A stretch of 64,000 nt of DNA, from positions 372,001 to 436,000 of the forward strand of contig JAQGDQ010000079.1 in assembly GCA_030141605.1 (NCBI GenBank). Direction: 5' to 3'. The position numbers were made by a program, and so were the translations under genes. Positions 50,296 through 63,395 of this stretch are shown here, one piece after another. Each line of letters opens with the position of its first letter. The stretch's first letter is position 1. The stretch is from Tubiluchus corallicola (taxonomy: Eukaryota > Animalia > Priapulida). The notes under the pieces were generated by a model. It was given only the letters and a program-made list of their open reading frames with translations. It had not been told where the DNA came from and did no database searches.

Positions 50296-50990
50296 AGAAC
50301 TCACTGAATCGTCAATGTTATTAATGAATCAGTACTTGTACAATTACAACAAAGCTTCACTATTGCCCTGAAAGAGTTACAGAAAAAGTTGATAAAATTG
50401 CTCTTGTAAGAAAATGCCAATTTCGGGTCTTTAGACCGAGGCCTACCATTTTTGTCAGGGCCCACGTTGTACACCAGGCCGCGTGTATTGAAACAAAATT
50501 ATTAAGTAATATCTTACTGGATACTAAGAACAGTTGCCACTTGGGAAATGCACTTTTTGGTAGAAAGGGAAGCAGACAGAGGGCGTCAGAAACGTAGAAA
50601 GGGAGAGAGAAAATAGCCTGCAGCGATCTATATTTTAGGTAAATTGCCTACAATTAGGTGATGCATGTATGCACATTACGCACGGTTTTTCCAACTTTAA
50701 CCTATTTTGAATGACGCAGGTTTTAAAGCCGATGGCATATTGAAATGACAGGAGAAGGGAGACCACGGCCATGGGACAACCTAAAGACACGCAAACACAC
50801 TATATCTGACTCTGTTCAGCTCGTCGTGCAAGTTACAAAATAATTATTATAGTGATTATTGATTCGAGTTGCTAGCCAGTTGCCGTTCAAACTGACCATA
50901 CTTAGCTAGTAATAGGCATGCTTGCGATACATTAGGTGCATTCTGAAGATATTTCGAGAAAGTGCAGAATATTAAAAGAATGATAAGCAA

Positions 50991-51425
50991 AAAATCCCGC
51001 AATTAAAAAACAACTAAAAGAGAGAAAGGGCGAAACGTTTGGAACTACCACTGTAGTTCTCCTTCAATGAACATAAAAAGACAAAAAGAGAAAAAAATCA
51101 CAAGAAACTATAAAAACCACTAAACAAACTTTTTGTGATTTTTTTAGTTTATGTTATTATATGTTATTATTATTATATTACTAAAAAGACACAAGCATGT
51201 AAGAAAAAACACAGAAGCACAATAGATAAAAACACAAGGCAGAAACACAGAAGTGTAAGACCTGTAACCACAATCGCCAAATATAAAACAACAGTTATAG
51301 TAGTTTTAGTAATTTTTTGTGATTTTTTTCTCTTTTTATGTTCACCTGAAGAAGAACTACAGTGGTAGTTCGAAACGTTGTGCTATTTCCTTCCTTTTTC
51401 TTGTTTTTTAATTGTTGGATTTTTA
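50991..51425. mobile_element. Inverted pair of Penelope-like (PLE) terminal-repeat fragments
   Basis: About 50991-51119 is the reverse complement of about 51301-51425. Each arm carries a hammerhead-type motif. Confidence 0.65.
51343..51382 (+). ncRNA. Minimal type I hammerhead ribozyme motif (PLE-type)
   Basis: CAC-CTGAAGA-A-GAACTAC-AGTG-GTAGTTC-GAAA-CGT-T-GTG: CUGANGA and GAAA cores, perfect 7-bp stem II, palindromic ACGT stem III, 3-bp stem I. Confidence 0.6.
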
Positions 51426-51844
51426 TTTATCGTGACTATTACTTGTCATTAAGAATTAATCTGAGTTACCTGCTGAACATTACAGGTTCTGACATATTTG
51501 GTTAAATTGCGTGTGTATGTGTGGTAAATGCAGGTGTTGTGAAAGAGAATTGCATAATAAGAGTTATGTTTCGGAGCACAGGTATGATGGTGATATCTCG
51601 AGGTATATTCTCTTGTTATTATGATTATGCATTCTTTATAAGAATAGTAAAAGCCCTTGTTTCAGATTCTCATTTTCTTTGTGTTTTTAAAGTTGGATGA
51701 CAAATGTTAGATGAGCATAAAACAATTATGTGTTTGGCTGGCAGAAATTTTTGTTGGTTAGCAGAAACTGGGTGGCTTTTCTTTCATCGGTGCTCGCTGC
51801 ACGGCCTATGTTGATCTGCTTCGACACTCGCCAACCAGACCTAA

Positions 51845-52062
51845 AGCCCCGTTTACACATAAGGCGGGGAACCGCGCTCGTCGTTCAAATATAAAGCGGT
51901 TTTTATGTAACTTCTATGCCACTTTCAGAAGTGGCGTCGGTCGTTGCGAATGAAATGTTGGCACAGTATATATACAGGTAAAATTGCTAGAAGAAACAGG
52001 CGCACATCAGTGTACGAAGTATTGCAAAAAGACAAGGTGGAGAGAGGGGGGAAAGAGGCAGG

Positions 52063-52119
<57 letters not shown>

Positions 52120-52524
52120 TGAGTGAGTGAAAGAGAGACGGGTGAACACACAAACAGGAAGAAGACAGACAGGCAGACACACAGACAGAAAGAATCTCAC
52201 CATAAATAAACAGAAAATTGATTTGTAAGTTGTTTTTGTGTTACTTTTTGAGCTCATCAGGTTTTTATCATAAAATATTGGATTCTCTTCCATTTCCAAT
52301 ATTATTGTTTAGGTTTTATCGGCAATTGCGCAATATGCACTTCGTAACTTCACAAATACTCGTGTAGACGTCTCTTCTTTTCTCTAAAACAGCAGCTTGC
52401 TCATTACGCATTAACGAAGCCCACTTCTGATTGGATGCTTGCACAAAAACCGCGCGGTTATTGTAAAAAAATCGCTAAGAGAGCAATCAGCGCGCGGTTT
52501 CCCGCCTTATGTATAAACGGACTA
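51845..52524. mobile_element. PIF/Harbinger-like (Tourist-type) MITE, 680 bp, containing a (GA)n tract
   Basis: About 30-bp TIRs CCGTTTACACATAAGGCGGGGAACCGCGC / GCGCGGTTTCCCGCCTTATGTATAAACGG. TAA on both flanks (51842-51844, 52525-52527). Confidence 0.75.
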
Positions 52525-54034
52525 TAAGTGCACTGGTAATTAATATGATTATACAGTTGGCCGGCCATTTCATCCTCTTATGCAAACATTCAAAAAACAA
52601 ATAGTTGCTTGAACATCTAAGAACAACATATCAAACAAATTCTGTCACCGACACAAATTTTATGCATCTGGAAATTGCGAGGGGTTTCTCATATATTTTC
52701 CCTTGACCTGCTTTAGTTGCAAAAATAAATGATGATACTCCGTAATTTCACGTTTCCTGGGATACTGTCAGAGCGTAGGGCTCGAGTCGAATAAACTCGC
52801 GTCCTTATGTTTGTCTGTCTGTCTGTCTATCTGTCTTAGTGTCTATTTATAACGTTCTCGATGCCTGGTATAGCTAAATTTGGCCAGTTACACCGAATTT
52901 AGTGCAAAAGATTTCACAGGGAGGAAAGCCGGGACCTGTTCTGACTTCCCCGTGTCTATGTGCCTTTCCTTGCCTACGTGGCTTCCCGTGACTATATGGC
53001 TTCCTCTTCTCTACATGGAGATATTAAGAAGATCCCCATATAGCTACTAAAATCTAGTATTTCAGTGTAGCAGAACTGGACGTACTGATCAAAATTTTTT
53101 TGGTGCGGGCAGACACTTGCAATGATTGCGATCATCAGGGGACACTGCTAAAGGAACTAAAATGTCCCTACCTCACCCAAGCTGCAGCTTTTAATTTGTG
53201 ATCAAGTAGTGATGTAATACGTGTTTTCGCAATACAAAAATACATGTTTTGGCGACCTTTGTCTTCGTTCCATGTCCATCTACAGATCAACTAAGTAGTA
53301 TAGTTCAGATTTTGCTGATTTGCAAATGTATTAGATTTGTAATTTTATGTTATTATGCCGTTCTGGAATCATTGTATGCTAATTAGGGGAATAACGATTT
53401 AACGTTTTAAGAATCACCTTTGTAAATGTATTTATGTATATGTAAATGAATATCCGAAAATTTCAAAACGGAACAATGCTATACCGATGTATGTTTGCCT
53501 ATAAAAATATGTATAACGTTCGTGTATAATTGTGTAATTCATGCATCATAGTGATTGTTAGTCTTACATGATAATGTAGTTTTTCCTTATGTACGGTGTT
53601 TATAGATACAGAACAGTGTAAGTTAAGGGTTTTTGTTCGATAATTGTATGTAGGCTTTTTTTGTTTTATTATACCAAGAAAATTTGTTAAATGTGTGTGT
53701 AAAACAATATTATGAATCTTGTAAAACATGTATAAACCGATTTTTTTTTAATATTCGTTTTAGGGTTTTTACCTTAGTATTAGCTGTACTTAACAACATT
53801 TTTAAAAACACTATTGTTCTTATTTATGAAACGTTATGGCAATACTAACGTATTTATTTAATAGACCAATTGTGTCAGCAGACCTTAACCAGGAGCTCAA
53901 ATATGATCATTGAACTATCTGTTCTATTTATGTTGTTTTAACGTTATAGTGCTCCGTACATTTATAACCATAGTATAAGATATTATAATATAAAAATACT
54001 ATAATATATAATAATATGTAATTTACTATAGAAT

Positions 54035-55232
54035 GTTTTTATTCATCTTTTGGTATTTATTCGGTTTTATTCGACAGTGAAAACTTTATCAGTTATAAAA
54101 AACAACAATCTGGTTAACAGAATTTGAATTAGATAGTTAGCTATAATAGGACAAACATATATTATTAAGATTATCCCAAAAGTCAAATCCTAGCTATGGA
54201 TTCCTGACCAATTTCAAGTAATCTGCTGGGTAATCTGAGTCTGAAGTTCACGCAAAACTCGTCTTAAATTAACGGTTATTTTCTTTAATTGCGAATATGC
54301 GAAAGAAAAGGGAAGATTCTTCAAGTGGGTCTAACACTGATGTGTAAGTTTGTGAAAAGGTTTTGTTTATATATTTCATTCAGAGTAATTTGACATGTTT
54401 TTTGCGCAAGTGATTTTTCATACAGACATAATTCTTCTAAATTTCGTGACCTAAGAAGTTATTTACATGTTTATCTACTACATAATTCACTTAAAGTTTA
54501 GCCACCAATTGTAAGATATATCTTGCATTTTCTTTAGTAAAATTCGTACGGATTCAGTTTTTCGCTGGAGGTCTGCAAAGCTCAGCAGGAATCAAACGAA
54601 CAGTTTTTTTCTTTTCTTAATACATGCATGTTAGATTTTAGTGAAACCCTTTCAACCAATGATCAGGGGAATATTAAGAATTAGGCTAACTAGCTTATAG
54701 CCTATGGCCCCAAAATTTGAAGGGCGACAGATTTTTAAGGGCCTAGTGTTATAAAATTTTATTCTTGTAATTTTCATTGTAACTAAGATTTACTTAGATT
54801 CTCTCCTTTCTGCCCTCTTATAGACTAAGTAACGCATGATACCGCGATACGTATCATAATCAGTCATTAATCAAGCAAGGTTGTCTCTCACATCAGTGAC
54901 ATCATTAATAGTTTGTCAAATATATATATATATCTTTGTGTACAAATATATTACCTGTACAAGTACGTTATGTACAGTATGTTAGATACAGACATACTGT
55001 ATGTCATACAATAAATAACAAAATTATTATGATATGTGCACGTTTGCGAAAACTTATAGCTGAAATATTTTTATTCTCCTTTTCGTATTTGTTCGGTTTG
55101 ACTTGACCACGAAAACTGTCTCAGTTACAGATATAAAAAAGCAAATGTCTGGTGGTAAGTGGTTAACAGGAATTCAATTAGATGTCTAGCTATAATTGGA
55201 CAAACATAAAATTATTATTACTATTAGGCAAA
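54035..55232 (+). repeat. Diverged local duplication of about 150 bp (about 54035-54180 and 55068-55232)
   Basis: Shared TTCGGTTT..GAAAACT..TCAGTTA..TGGTTAACAG..AATTAGAT..TAGCTATAAT.GGACAAACATA. Confidence 0.7.
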
Positions 55233-58200
55233 ATGGTCACGCTGATAATTAATCTGTAGCATAAACGTAAAATCTACATTAACAAATCAGTCAATACGTC
55301 GAGCGACAGCCGTATAAAAACAATAACAAGAAAAGTAATTAACCCGTTTCTAGAATTTGAACTAGGCAGATGACTCTTTGTGCAAAGCTTTGGATTGAGT
55401 AATCCGATGTCGAGTAAGCGCATTTTATTTTTTCTACACTGGAAGTCCTGAAGAGTTCATTGTTCTGTTTACGACTTGTGAGTATGTATAACAAAAAAAT
55501 TATCAGTAGAAGTCCGACACTAGAGTAAAAGTTTCTTGATGCTTGTGCAGTAAAAGAAATCAAATCGGTGCTAACATAGTGCATCATTTAAACCATGGCA
55601 AAATAATTAAACGCTATTAACACATCATATCATAATTATAAACTGTGGTTCGTGAGATATCTTTTGCCGCCATACGAACCGATCTTTAAGTACCCTACAA
55701 GTATCTCTCAGGATTAAACAAGTTCTGCTGAGAATTTTTGCGTGAAATCTAGCTATGTAAGGTAACTACCTATCTTGATTTCGTTGATTGCTGAACTGAT
55801 TCATGGAAAGCTTTAATAAGTGGACTGTCGTCTGGTAACCTCAGAGCATGACCCATTTAACTAAATCTTCCTGGTCGATTTTTCTTCCTTCATTTAATGA
55901 CACATATCGTTATTGTTTGTCACTTTCGGACATTTTATCTCTAGTAATGATCTCAGTCAGCTGCTGCTTGATAATGCTATGAAATGAAAAGCTTCAGTCT
56001 CTATAATTGACACACGAGCGCGCAATCTGCAGCAAACAATCTGCTGCTAATACTCAGGAGGGCGTTAATCCACATCTATAATTACCAATATTAAAAAAAT
56101 ATGAAATCGAAAACGCAATGTTTTTATACTTTGTAATTTATATAAAAGTGTTGCGTATTTCTTAATTAACTGAAAGTACTTTTAAATAAATTATTTTATT
56201 ATTAATACTATGTATTTATATTTTTGTTTTACACTGGCAGTACCGTGTGTCATGATTAATTTATATCTGAACCAAATCTGTGCATCAAACTTCCGCTGTA
56301 TCCGAAGGTGTCATTACCTGCGGTAACTCCGAAGGATATTTCGCCGACTCTGAGAAAGTCAGTGATACACGTTCATCTAGGTAGTGCATCACTGTATCAA
56401 ACAGCTGCAGTATTTAATTACGCTATGAGGTGATGCTGCTTCGGTATTTGCAGCTGCTGCAGGCGGTTGTGCAAGCTTTCCCGAGCAGGCCTAATTATGC
56501 AGATATGAACTTGTAAACATAAACATGCGTAAACATAAATAGTTACTTTACACTGCCATATAGTAAATATTAAACCCGTTCAGTTCTGCGAGCTGCGCAG
56601 TGTATGATTATCAATTAAGTCAAACAAATCAATGCAAACGTCGTTTAGCGTATGACTTTTGCGATGTAACAACACATTTATAAGGGCCATATTGCATGAA
56701 TAATTAATTCTTTTCGCTTTCCTTTCTCTAGTTTTATAATTATCTACTGTAGCAATTCTTCACGATTTATTTTTTTTTATTTATTCTGTTATTAATGATG
56801 TTCTATTATAGTTTTCTAGAGAGTGTTTTTAATATTGAATTCAAATGGAATGAAGTGCATGTAAAGCCAATTAGCATATATAAAATTAATATATAAGGCA
56901 TGTTCATGCCAGTTTACAAAATATAATTAAGTGAGGTTTAGTTGCATGATGTACTAATTACCAGCAAAGTTAAATATAAAGTAAATGAAAAATTAATATG
57001 AACATTACTTATGAATTTCATCATATAATTCGAACCTGATACGAATTTAATTGTATTTGAACCTTACAAGCTTATATTATGATATACCCGATTCTCTCAT
57101 TCAGTTATTCAGGAGTTTCTTAATGGCACAAGTAATAATAAATCGTTATGGTTTCTCGAACTATAAGCATAATATCCGATTACACAAACTGTCTATTTTT
57201 ATATGAATCGATATTCGGTAATTATCCCCTAATTTTTCACAATTGGTTCGGTGTTATCCACTAATTAGGACACTTTGCTTCCTTGGAAATTATACTTTTG
57301 AACACAATCGCCACTAAGAAGTAAGCATGGAAATTATCAGGAATTCTCAAAGGCGTACAGAAGTAATGGAAATGCTGGTCTGTTTCGTAATAACCAGTGG
57401 ACCGAAATAAGAAAATATCGCTTAGAAACTGTAGCAAAAATACAATCAACATAGTTTTTAAATATTTTCTATGTAATCTGCGAGAAACAGCTGCACATAA
57501 CACACGGCAGGCATCATTACTGACAGTGGCTTCATAACAACAGTTGTACAGAAACAGCTGCAGGGTATCATTACCATCTGCGAAGTTTAGCTCAACTAAT
57601 AATTAATTGTTTCTTGGTTGTAAAATGGTTGGTGAGTGACAACAACGCGCGCGAAACTGCCTGATTCATCAACAAAATACGCCAAAAATGCTCTCCGAGA
57701 TGACCCGCGAGTAACGTGCTGACGTCAGACGCGTCAAAAGTCTCTAAATATATGAAAATCACACAAAGAGCTTTTGTATAAGAAGCCAATAGAATGTCGC
57801 AAAGGGTTTCTTCGCATTCAAGTTCCAGGCACCGGCAGCTTCCTGACAGTTCGCTCCTCGTAACGAATTAATTACAGTCTTGAACAATCTGACTAGGCTT
57901 TTATGACGTCGGAAACATCTTCTTTCATGCGCAGCTTTGAAATTTTTAGTTTTCCGTGCATAGTCTCAGGCGAGCAGAAATTGCTTTTGAGAAAGGTGCC
58001 TTCTTTTATGTTTTTGTCTAACCATATGGTCTCAACCGATAACGTGTGAGATTAAGTGAGAAAATTTAATGGAATAAGAATTACAAGTAAATTGGGTAAA
58101 ATCCAATTTAATTCACAAATTAAACATGCTTATTCGATTCTCCCAGAAAAATCGATTTTTGTGATTTGTTTTGTTTTCGCTTTGCATGCACTACGCAGTT

Positions 58201-59099
58201 AAACAGGTGTCATTGTTTTCTTAAATTTTAAAATCCTGAAAGACAAAGCACATCGACCGAGTATAGTTGTTTGCTGACGTTTTTCTGTCATGGCGAGCTT
58301 ATTACAGGCAATCAGGAATTAGCCTTGTCCGTTGATTAAATGAGACTGTTGAAAAAATGCTCCCAAACACTAGACCACGCCCCTTCTATTCATTTACTAC
58401 CTCAATAGGTGATGAATTTTTCAATTTAATTTATCACACCTTTTCTAAAGTTCTTATAAACTGTAATTATATCGCTTGCATTTTAACGTATTTGCTCAGA
58501 AAAAAACAAGACGTTACGTTTAGCAAGCTCCGCTGAAGTCTTCCTGTCTCGGGTCGGGGATTATGTAGATGGATGAAATAGATATTGTTGAAAAATATTT
58601 TCACTGAAATTAAATCCAAAGCGATACTGTAGTATAAAAAGCCAATATCTTGCAATTTCAGCGAAAATTATTGTAAAAATTTTCCTCTTCTAGACCCATG
58701 TATACCATTGTTTTCTTTAGGAAGTTTTTTTAAATCTGGTGGTTATGGAAATAAAAACAGCTGTTTCGTTGCAACAATAAATGTTTACTTGTTACTTTAA
58801 ACAAAATGCAGAGTACTAAACTTCCGGTCAGTGTTGGACTTTTGCGCAATGTTGACCAAAACGAATAATACATTGGAGTATACAAGCAGCATGACTCTAT
58901 TTCTAGTAACCGAGTTCAGTTTACTAAATGTCAATTAAAGGAATATGTATTAAAGCCAGTGAATGCAGGCAATAGTGTATAAAAAACTGGTATTGTTCAA
59001 GTTCAGTTACTCAAAATCAAATTACTTCTTTTGAAAGCTTCTCTACAGCCGAGTAACACAAATCCATCACACATCTACTTGATCTGGACGGAAAACCTT

Positions 59100-59420
59100 T
59101 CATTCCCCCACTTCTATTGTAGGATCAAACTCTATCAGTAGTTCACCTTCTGTATGAGTTTCTCCTGCCGGATTCTTGGCTACAATCCGGTAGGTACCAT
59201 CGAATTCTCTTGAACAATCCGGGAATGAAATGGTAACAGTTCCGTCTTCCGCGTATTTTATTAGATGTTTTCGAGTGCTCTCGATTTGATCTTCATCATG
59301 ATAGACTACTATCTCGGGGCGGGGTTCACCAGACACTTTTGCTTTGAAGAGTGCACCACTGCCCTCCACAATGTTGTTGACAGCTGGAGTCATGGGTGTC
59401 ACAAACACTGGACCTGACAT
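59100..59420 (-). CDS. Single immunoglobulin I-set domain protein, telokin/MLCK/twitchin C-terminal Ig-like, 106 aa (stand-alone, or last exon of a larger gene)
   Basis: P.F......V.EG..A.F...V.G.P.P, D.G.Y...A.N..G pattern with acidic tail. Acceptor TTTCAG lies 3 nt before the ATG (exon starts 59423). No signal peptide. Confidence 0.85.
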   Translation of the reverse strand: MSGPVFVTPMTPAVNNIVEGSGALFKAKVSGEPRPEIVVYHDEDQIESTRKHLIKYAEDGTVTISFPDCSREFDGTYRIVAKNPAGETHTEGELLIEFDPTIEVGE

Positions 59421-59657
59421 TGTCTGAAACTACAAACATTTATCCGTGAGTGAATTGTAGAAATTTGCCCGTAGGTGTGCCTGTACAAATTTCCCGACGC
59501 GCTTGCTCAAACGTTTTCAATGTTTTTCGAAATTACACCAGCAAAAAATTAACGCTGTACTGTTTTTTTTAATAATTGTAATTATTGTAGTTATTGTAAA
59601 ATGTGATGAAATTACGGCAATGTTGGCATCATTAAATAATTCTCGTTCATGTCAATT

Positions 59658-59661
<4 letters not shown>

Positions 59662-59730
<69 letters not shown>

Positions 59731-59733
59731 ATC
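59662..59733. repeat. (CT)n microsatellite
   Basis: Direct reading. Confidence 0.95.
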
Positions 59734-60676
59734 TAATTTTAGAAAACACATGCATTTTCTATATCCTACACTGAAGAATATATCTTGCTATAACTATCAG
59801 TATAGTGACCAACTCTATTGTTGAGCGTTTGATACTAGTTTACAGTTTGTTCAACAACATACAAAAATCATTGAATTAATTTGTAATGGTACATGAACAG
59901 GTGTTAACCTAAATGTAACTCCAGGCAAACAGCTACACGCAATAAGGGCTGTGCCTAAAACCATAGAACCATGTTCTACTGACAACAGCAAAGAATTTAC
60001 CGAACCATTCTACCGACAGCAAGGCCAGTAACTGCTTGGAGATACTATCTAGTATAGAGGGCTACACATCAGAAGATAAAATAAACCAAACAGTACTACC
60101 AGGTAATAAACGCTAGGCCAGAGCCATCGGTGCTAGTAACGAAAATTGGTCATAGATTACAAAATCGCAATGGCGAAATCCACCTCCATTGCACATACAT
60201 AATCATAAAAGGAGGACAAACAATACTATACTATATTGAAATTATTGTGACTAATTAAGTGACCAGTCAATCGAACAAACAGTTACCCAGCCATTCAAGT
60301 ACCTGTCAATCAGGAGGTAGCCAGCCGTCAGCCAGCAGCTAAATCTATTCACTCTCTCTTTCTAAGTTTATCACTTTCTCTTCCTCTCCCTCTCTTTCCC
60401 AGTTCCTTCTCAATTTGCAAGCTGTCAGTCTGTGGACCAAACACTGCTCATTTTTGTTTCCTTTAACAATAATTTATTCCTTCTTTCCCCAACTCTTTCA
60501 CCATCTTTTTTCTCCCTCTTTCCTCCATTTTGCACAAACCAAACTACGCAGCCCCGTTCAGGAAGTAATTTCTTTTGTGCTGGGAAATGTAAACTAGCAA
60601 AAAAGCAAAAAACCAAAACAAGAAACTAAAATCGCTAACTTCCAAAAAAATCTGATACTTCCAGTTTATAGATTTT

Positions 60677-60803
60677 TGATGATGATGGTGATGATGGTGA
60701 CGATGACGATGATGACGACGACGATGATAGTGATTATGATAATGACAATGGTGAGAGTTATGATGATGATGATCTTGATGATGAGGATAATGATGAATGA
60801 TAA
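60677..60803. repeat. (GAT)n-like microsatellite
   Basis: Direct reading. Confidence 0.9.
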
Positions 60804-61023
60804 CGAGGGATGTACACTGTGGTTCGAAAAATGTTTATACATTAGTCTTTATAATAAATAAATAAATTAAGAGCTTACCTACTTTGTTTTCACTAGAGCA
60901 ATGCAAACAGACTTGTAGCTAGAAACAAAAATTATTATCTCTTAGCTGTCACAATGATATAACGCCTCCCGAACATCAGTAGCCGCAGCCAGAGCTTCAG
61001 TGAAATACCGAGGTTTCACTTAC

Positions 61024-61134
61024 CACTGATAAGTTAAGCAGCCAAACTGATTTGGTTTTATAATCTGATCTGATAGTAGAAGACAGCCGCAGCTAAGCGA
61101 CTGTAAAAGTCTCCAGATCACTTGCCTTTTATGG
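61024..61134 (-). promoter_or_regulatory. Candidate muscle-type promoter for the Ig gene: CArG box 61125-61134, TATAAAA 61062-61056, donor after 61024
   Basis: CCTTTTATGG fits CC(A/T)6GG. Minus-strand TATAAAA, then TG|GTAAGT. A second UTR exon 60918-60879 is flanked by TTTCTAG and AG|GTAAGC. Confidence 0.45.
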
Positions 61135-62481
61135 AACTAGCTTGCTGTGCACTGGAATGCACGATTAGAAATGAAGTCCGTCTAGAAAGCATTTCTTCTA
61201 TCGTCAGAACACAGTTGGTTGGTACAATTATTAATTTTTGGAAAGGGCGTTGGACATTCACAAATATGTCTAATGCGGACAGTTAGGCCTATCAATTTCG
61301 ATTATCGATCATGATTTCAGCGTCTGTATACTGTTTTAATTGGTACTGCTTGTAGAAATATCTTAATATAATATTAATATATAATATATAATATAACTTA
61401 AATCGTATTTAATCTTATAGATTCAATATTTATGTGATGCATGTAGTTAGTTACTACTCTCTCGAGATCTTTTGCGAGCAGCTATCAGTTATGCGATTAT
61501 TGATTTCAATTGGTAGGACGTGTGGAAAATAGGCCTATTTTAACCATATTTTATGCATTAAATGTAATTGCGATTATTATAAAATTATATATATGTATAT
61601 ATGCGTTTATATAATTATGCGATTATATGTGCGTTTATTCTCATATGCGTATATACGTATATATCAACGCTCTTGTGTTTTGCATGATTTTGATTTCATT
61701 TGCAGAGAATTTTTTCGTTTCACAAATTGTATAAAAATCGTTTAATTAGTAAAATTATAAACAGTGTCCATGCTTAAGACTTAATATGTATTAAAATTTT
61801 TCAGAAATGCATTGATGAATATCCTTTTATACTGGTTGCAACGCAAGGTTACAAGGTTTTTAAGTTCAGTTTCAGTTACAATTTTTAAAAGATTTGTCTA
61901 ACTTTTAAAATACAATAATTTTGGGTTTGATTTTTTGACAACCTGAAGTGGACTATTTAAATGCACACAGACGAAGCGTTTACATATACGTACCGTTTCA
62001 TAAAGTCGCCAAAACGTTTTAAAAACAGACCACATACCGAGAACGCTTTGAAAACGTTTTTGAGATGTTGAGAAAAAGTTGCGTGTTTGTGGAATTCCGG
62101 CGAAATAATAATAGGCCTACAATTAATCCGATTTAAAATGGCTAAATACGCAAAAGTAATGTATTTTAATATAGTAACTTATCGCTACAGTAGATACATT
62201 TGCATAAAAAATTTACAGGCAGCTATTTTGGCGTCTGTAGTTTTTGTTTACAGTCAGAAATGGCTTATTCTTATTTTTCTCCTAACACGGAGCTCTTGCA
62301 TGGACGGCAAGGAGTCGTATGACTCGTGTTTTATTATTTAAATCGCATCTTAAAATAAACTATTACTTACTTACTTGTACCAGGCTGGGTTTCTCCAATA
62401 GGAGCAACCCGCGGTAGCGCTGGTGTTAGGCCTCTTAAAAACATTGAAATTTAATTGGTGATGGCGACGGTAATAGAAATG

Positions 62482-62672
62482 GCAACGGCAGCAGTAGCCA
62501 CAGCAACAGCAGCAGCAATAGGAACAACAACAACAGCAGCGGCAGCAACAACAGCAACAGGAGCAGCAGCGGCAGCAGCACAACAGCAGGAGCAGCAGCA
62601 ACAGCAACAGGAGCAATAGCAACAATGGGAGCGGCAGCAGCAACAACGATAATGACAACAACAACATAATGA
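62482..62672. repeat. (CAG/CAA)n-like trinucleotide tract
   Basis: Direct reading. It produces the spurious poly-L/C/A ORFs in the track. Confidence 0.9.
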
Positions 62673-63395
62673 TAAAAATAACTTATGTTCAAACACTCAG
62701 TGTTGCACAAGTTAAACTTTTCGGGGGATTCAGAAACGTATCTTTGCATATAGTTTCTACATAAATGACAGTTATGTAAAAATGACAATCTGTTTTGCTA
62801 CCAATCAATATTCTATATGATATTTCTATCAATATTCACACTTCACTGTCTTTGTTTTCAATTATTCAGCAAAATTAATGATGCCTTTTCTTGAAACTTC
62901 CTTCAATAGTGTTAAGATCTTAAAAAATTATGATGACCTTGAAAATCCTGGTTGACATATTGAAATACTGAATTGAGTCATTGGTTTGGAATAATTATAT
63001 ACTTCAATAGTAATTCACAAGTTTTGCAATTACAGAATTAAATTTTACCGCTAATTTAGCGGTTTTAGTTAGTTTAACACGCCTATAATAAATATAGCTA
63101 CATATGGGTCAACGTACGTACCGATTTTAGGGTAAAATCGTCAATCTAAAATAAAAATTTTGTCTATACTTATCAGTCGTTTGTTATTTGTCTAGCATAT
63201 GTTTGCATGTGTTTGTTAGTTTTTAGCATTTTTCACATATAACTAGTATGTGTGACAGTACGCGAACGGAAGGAAATTCCCAAGGGGACTGAAAGAAGTT
63301 GCCCGGCTTGATTTGAGCGAATTTTAAGTAAGCGCAGCAACGGTTCACAAAACTCCTTGATATGGCGAATGCGTCATGAAACTGGAAAAAGCAAT

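Noticed and set aside
61066-61120. Hammerhead-like fold (GATCTG/CAGATC and ACAGCCGC/GCGACTGT stems)
   Set aside because: The CUGANGA and GAAA cores are not intact; at most a decayed relic or a chance hairpin.
62371-62788. Cys/Leu/Ala-rich ORFs (metallothionein- or toxin-like)
   Set aside because: They are translations of a (CAG/CAA)n microsatellite and are open in all frames because of low complexity.
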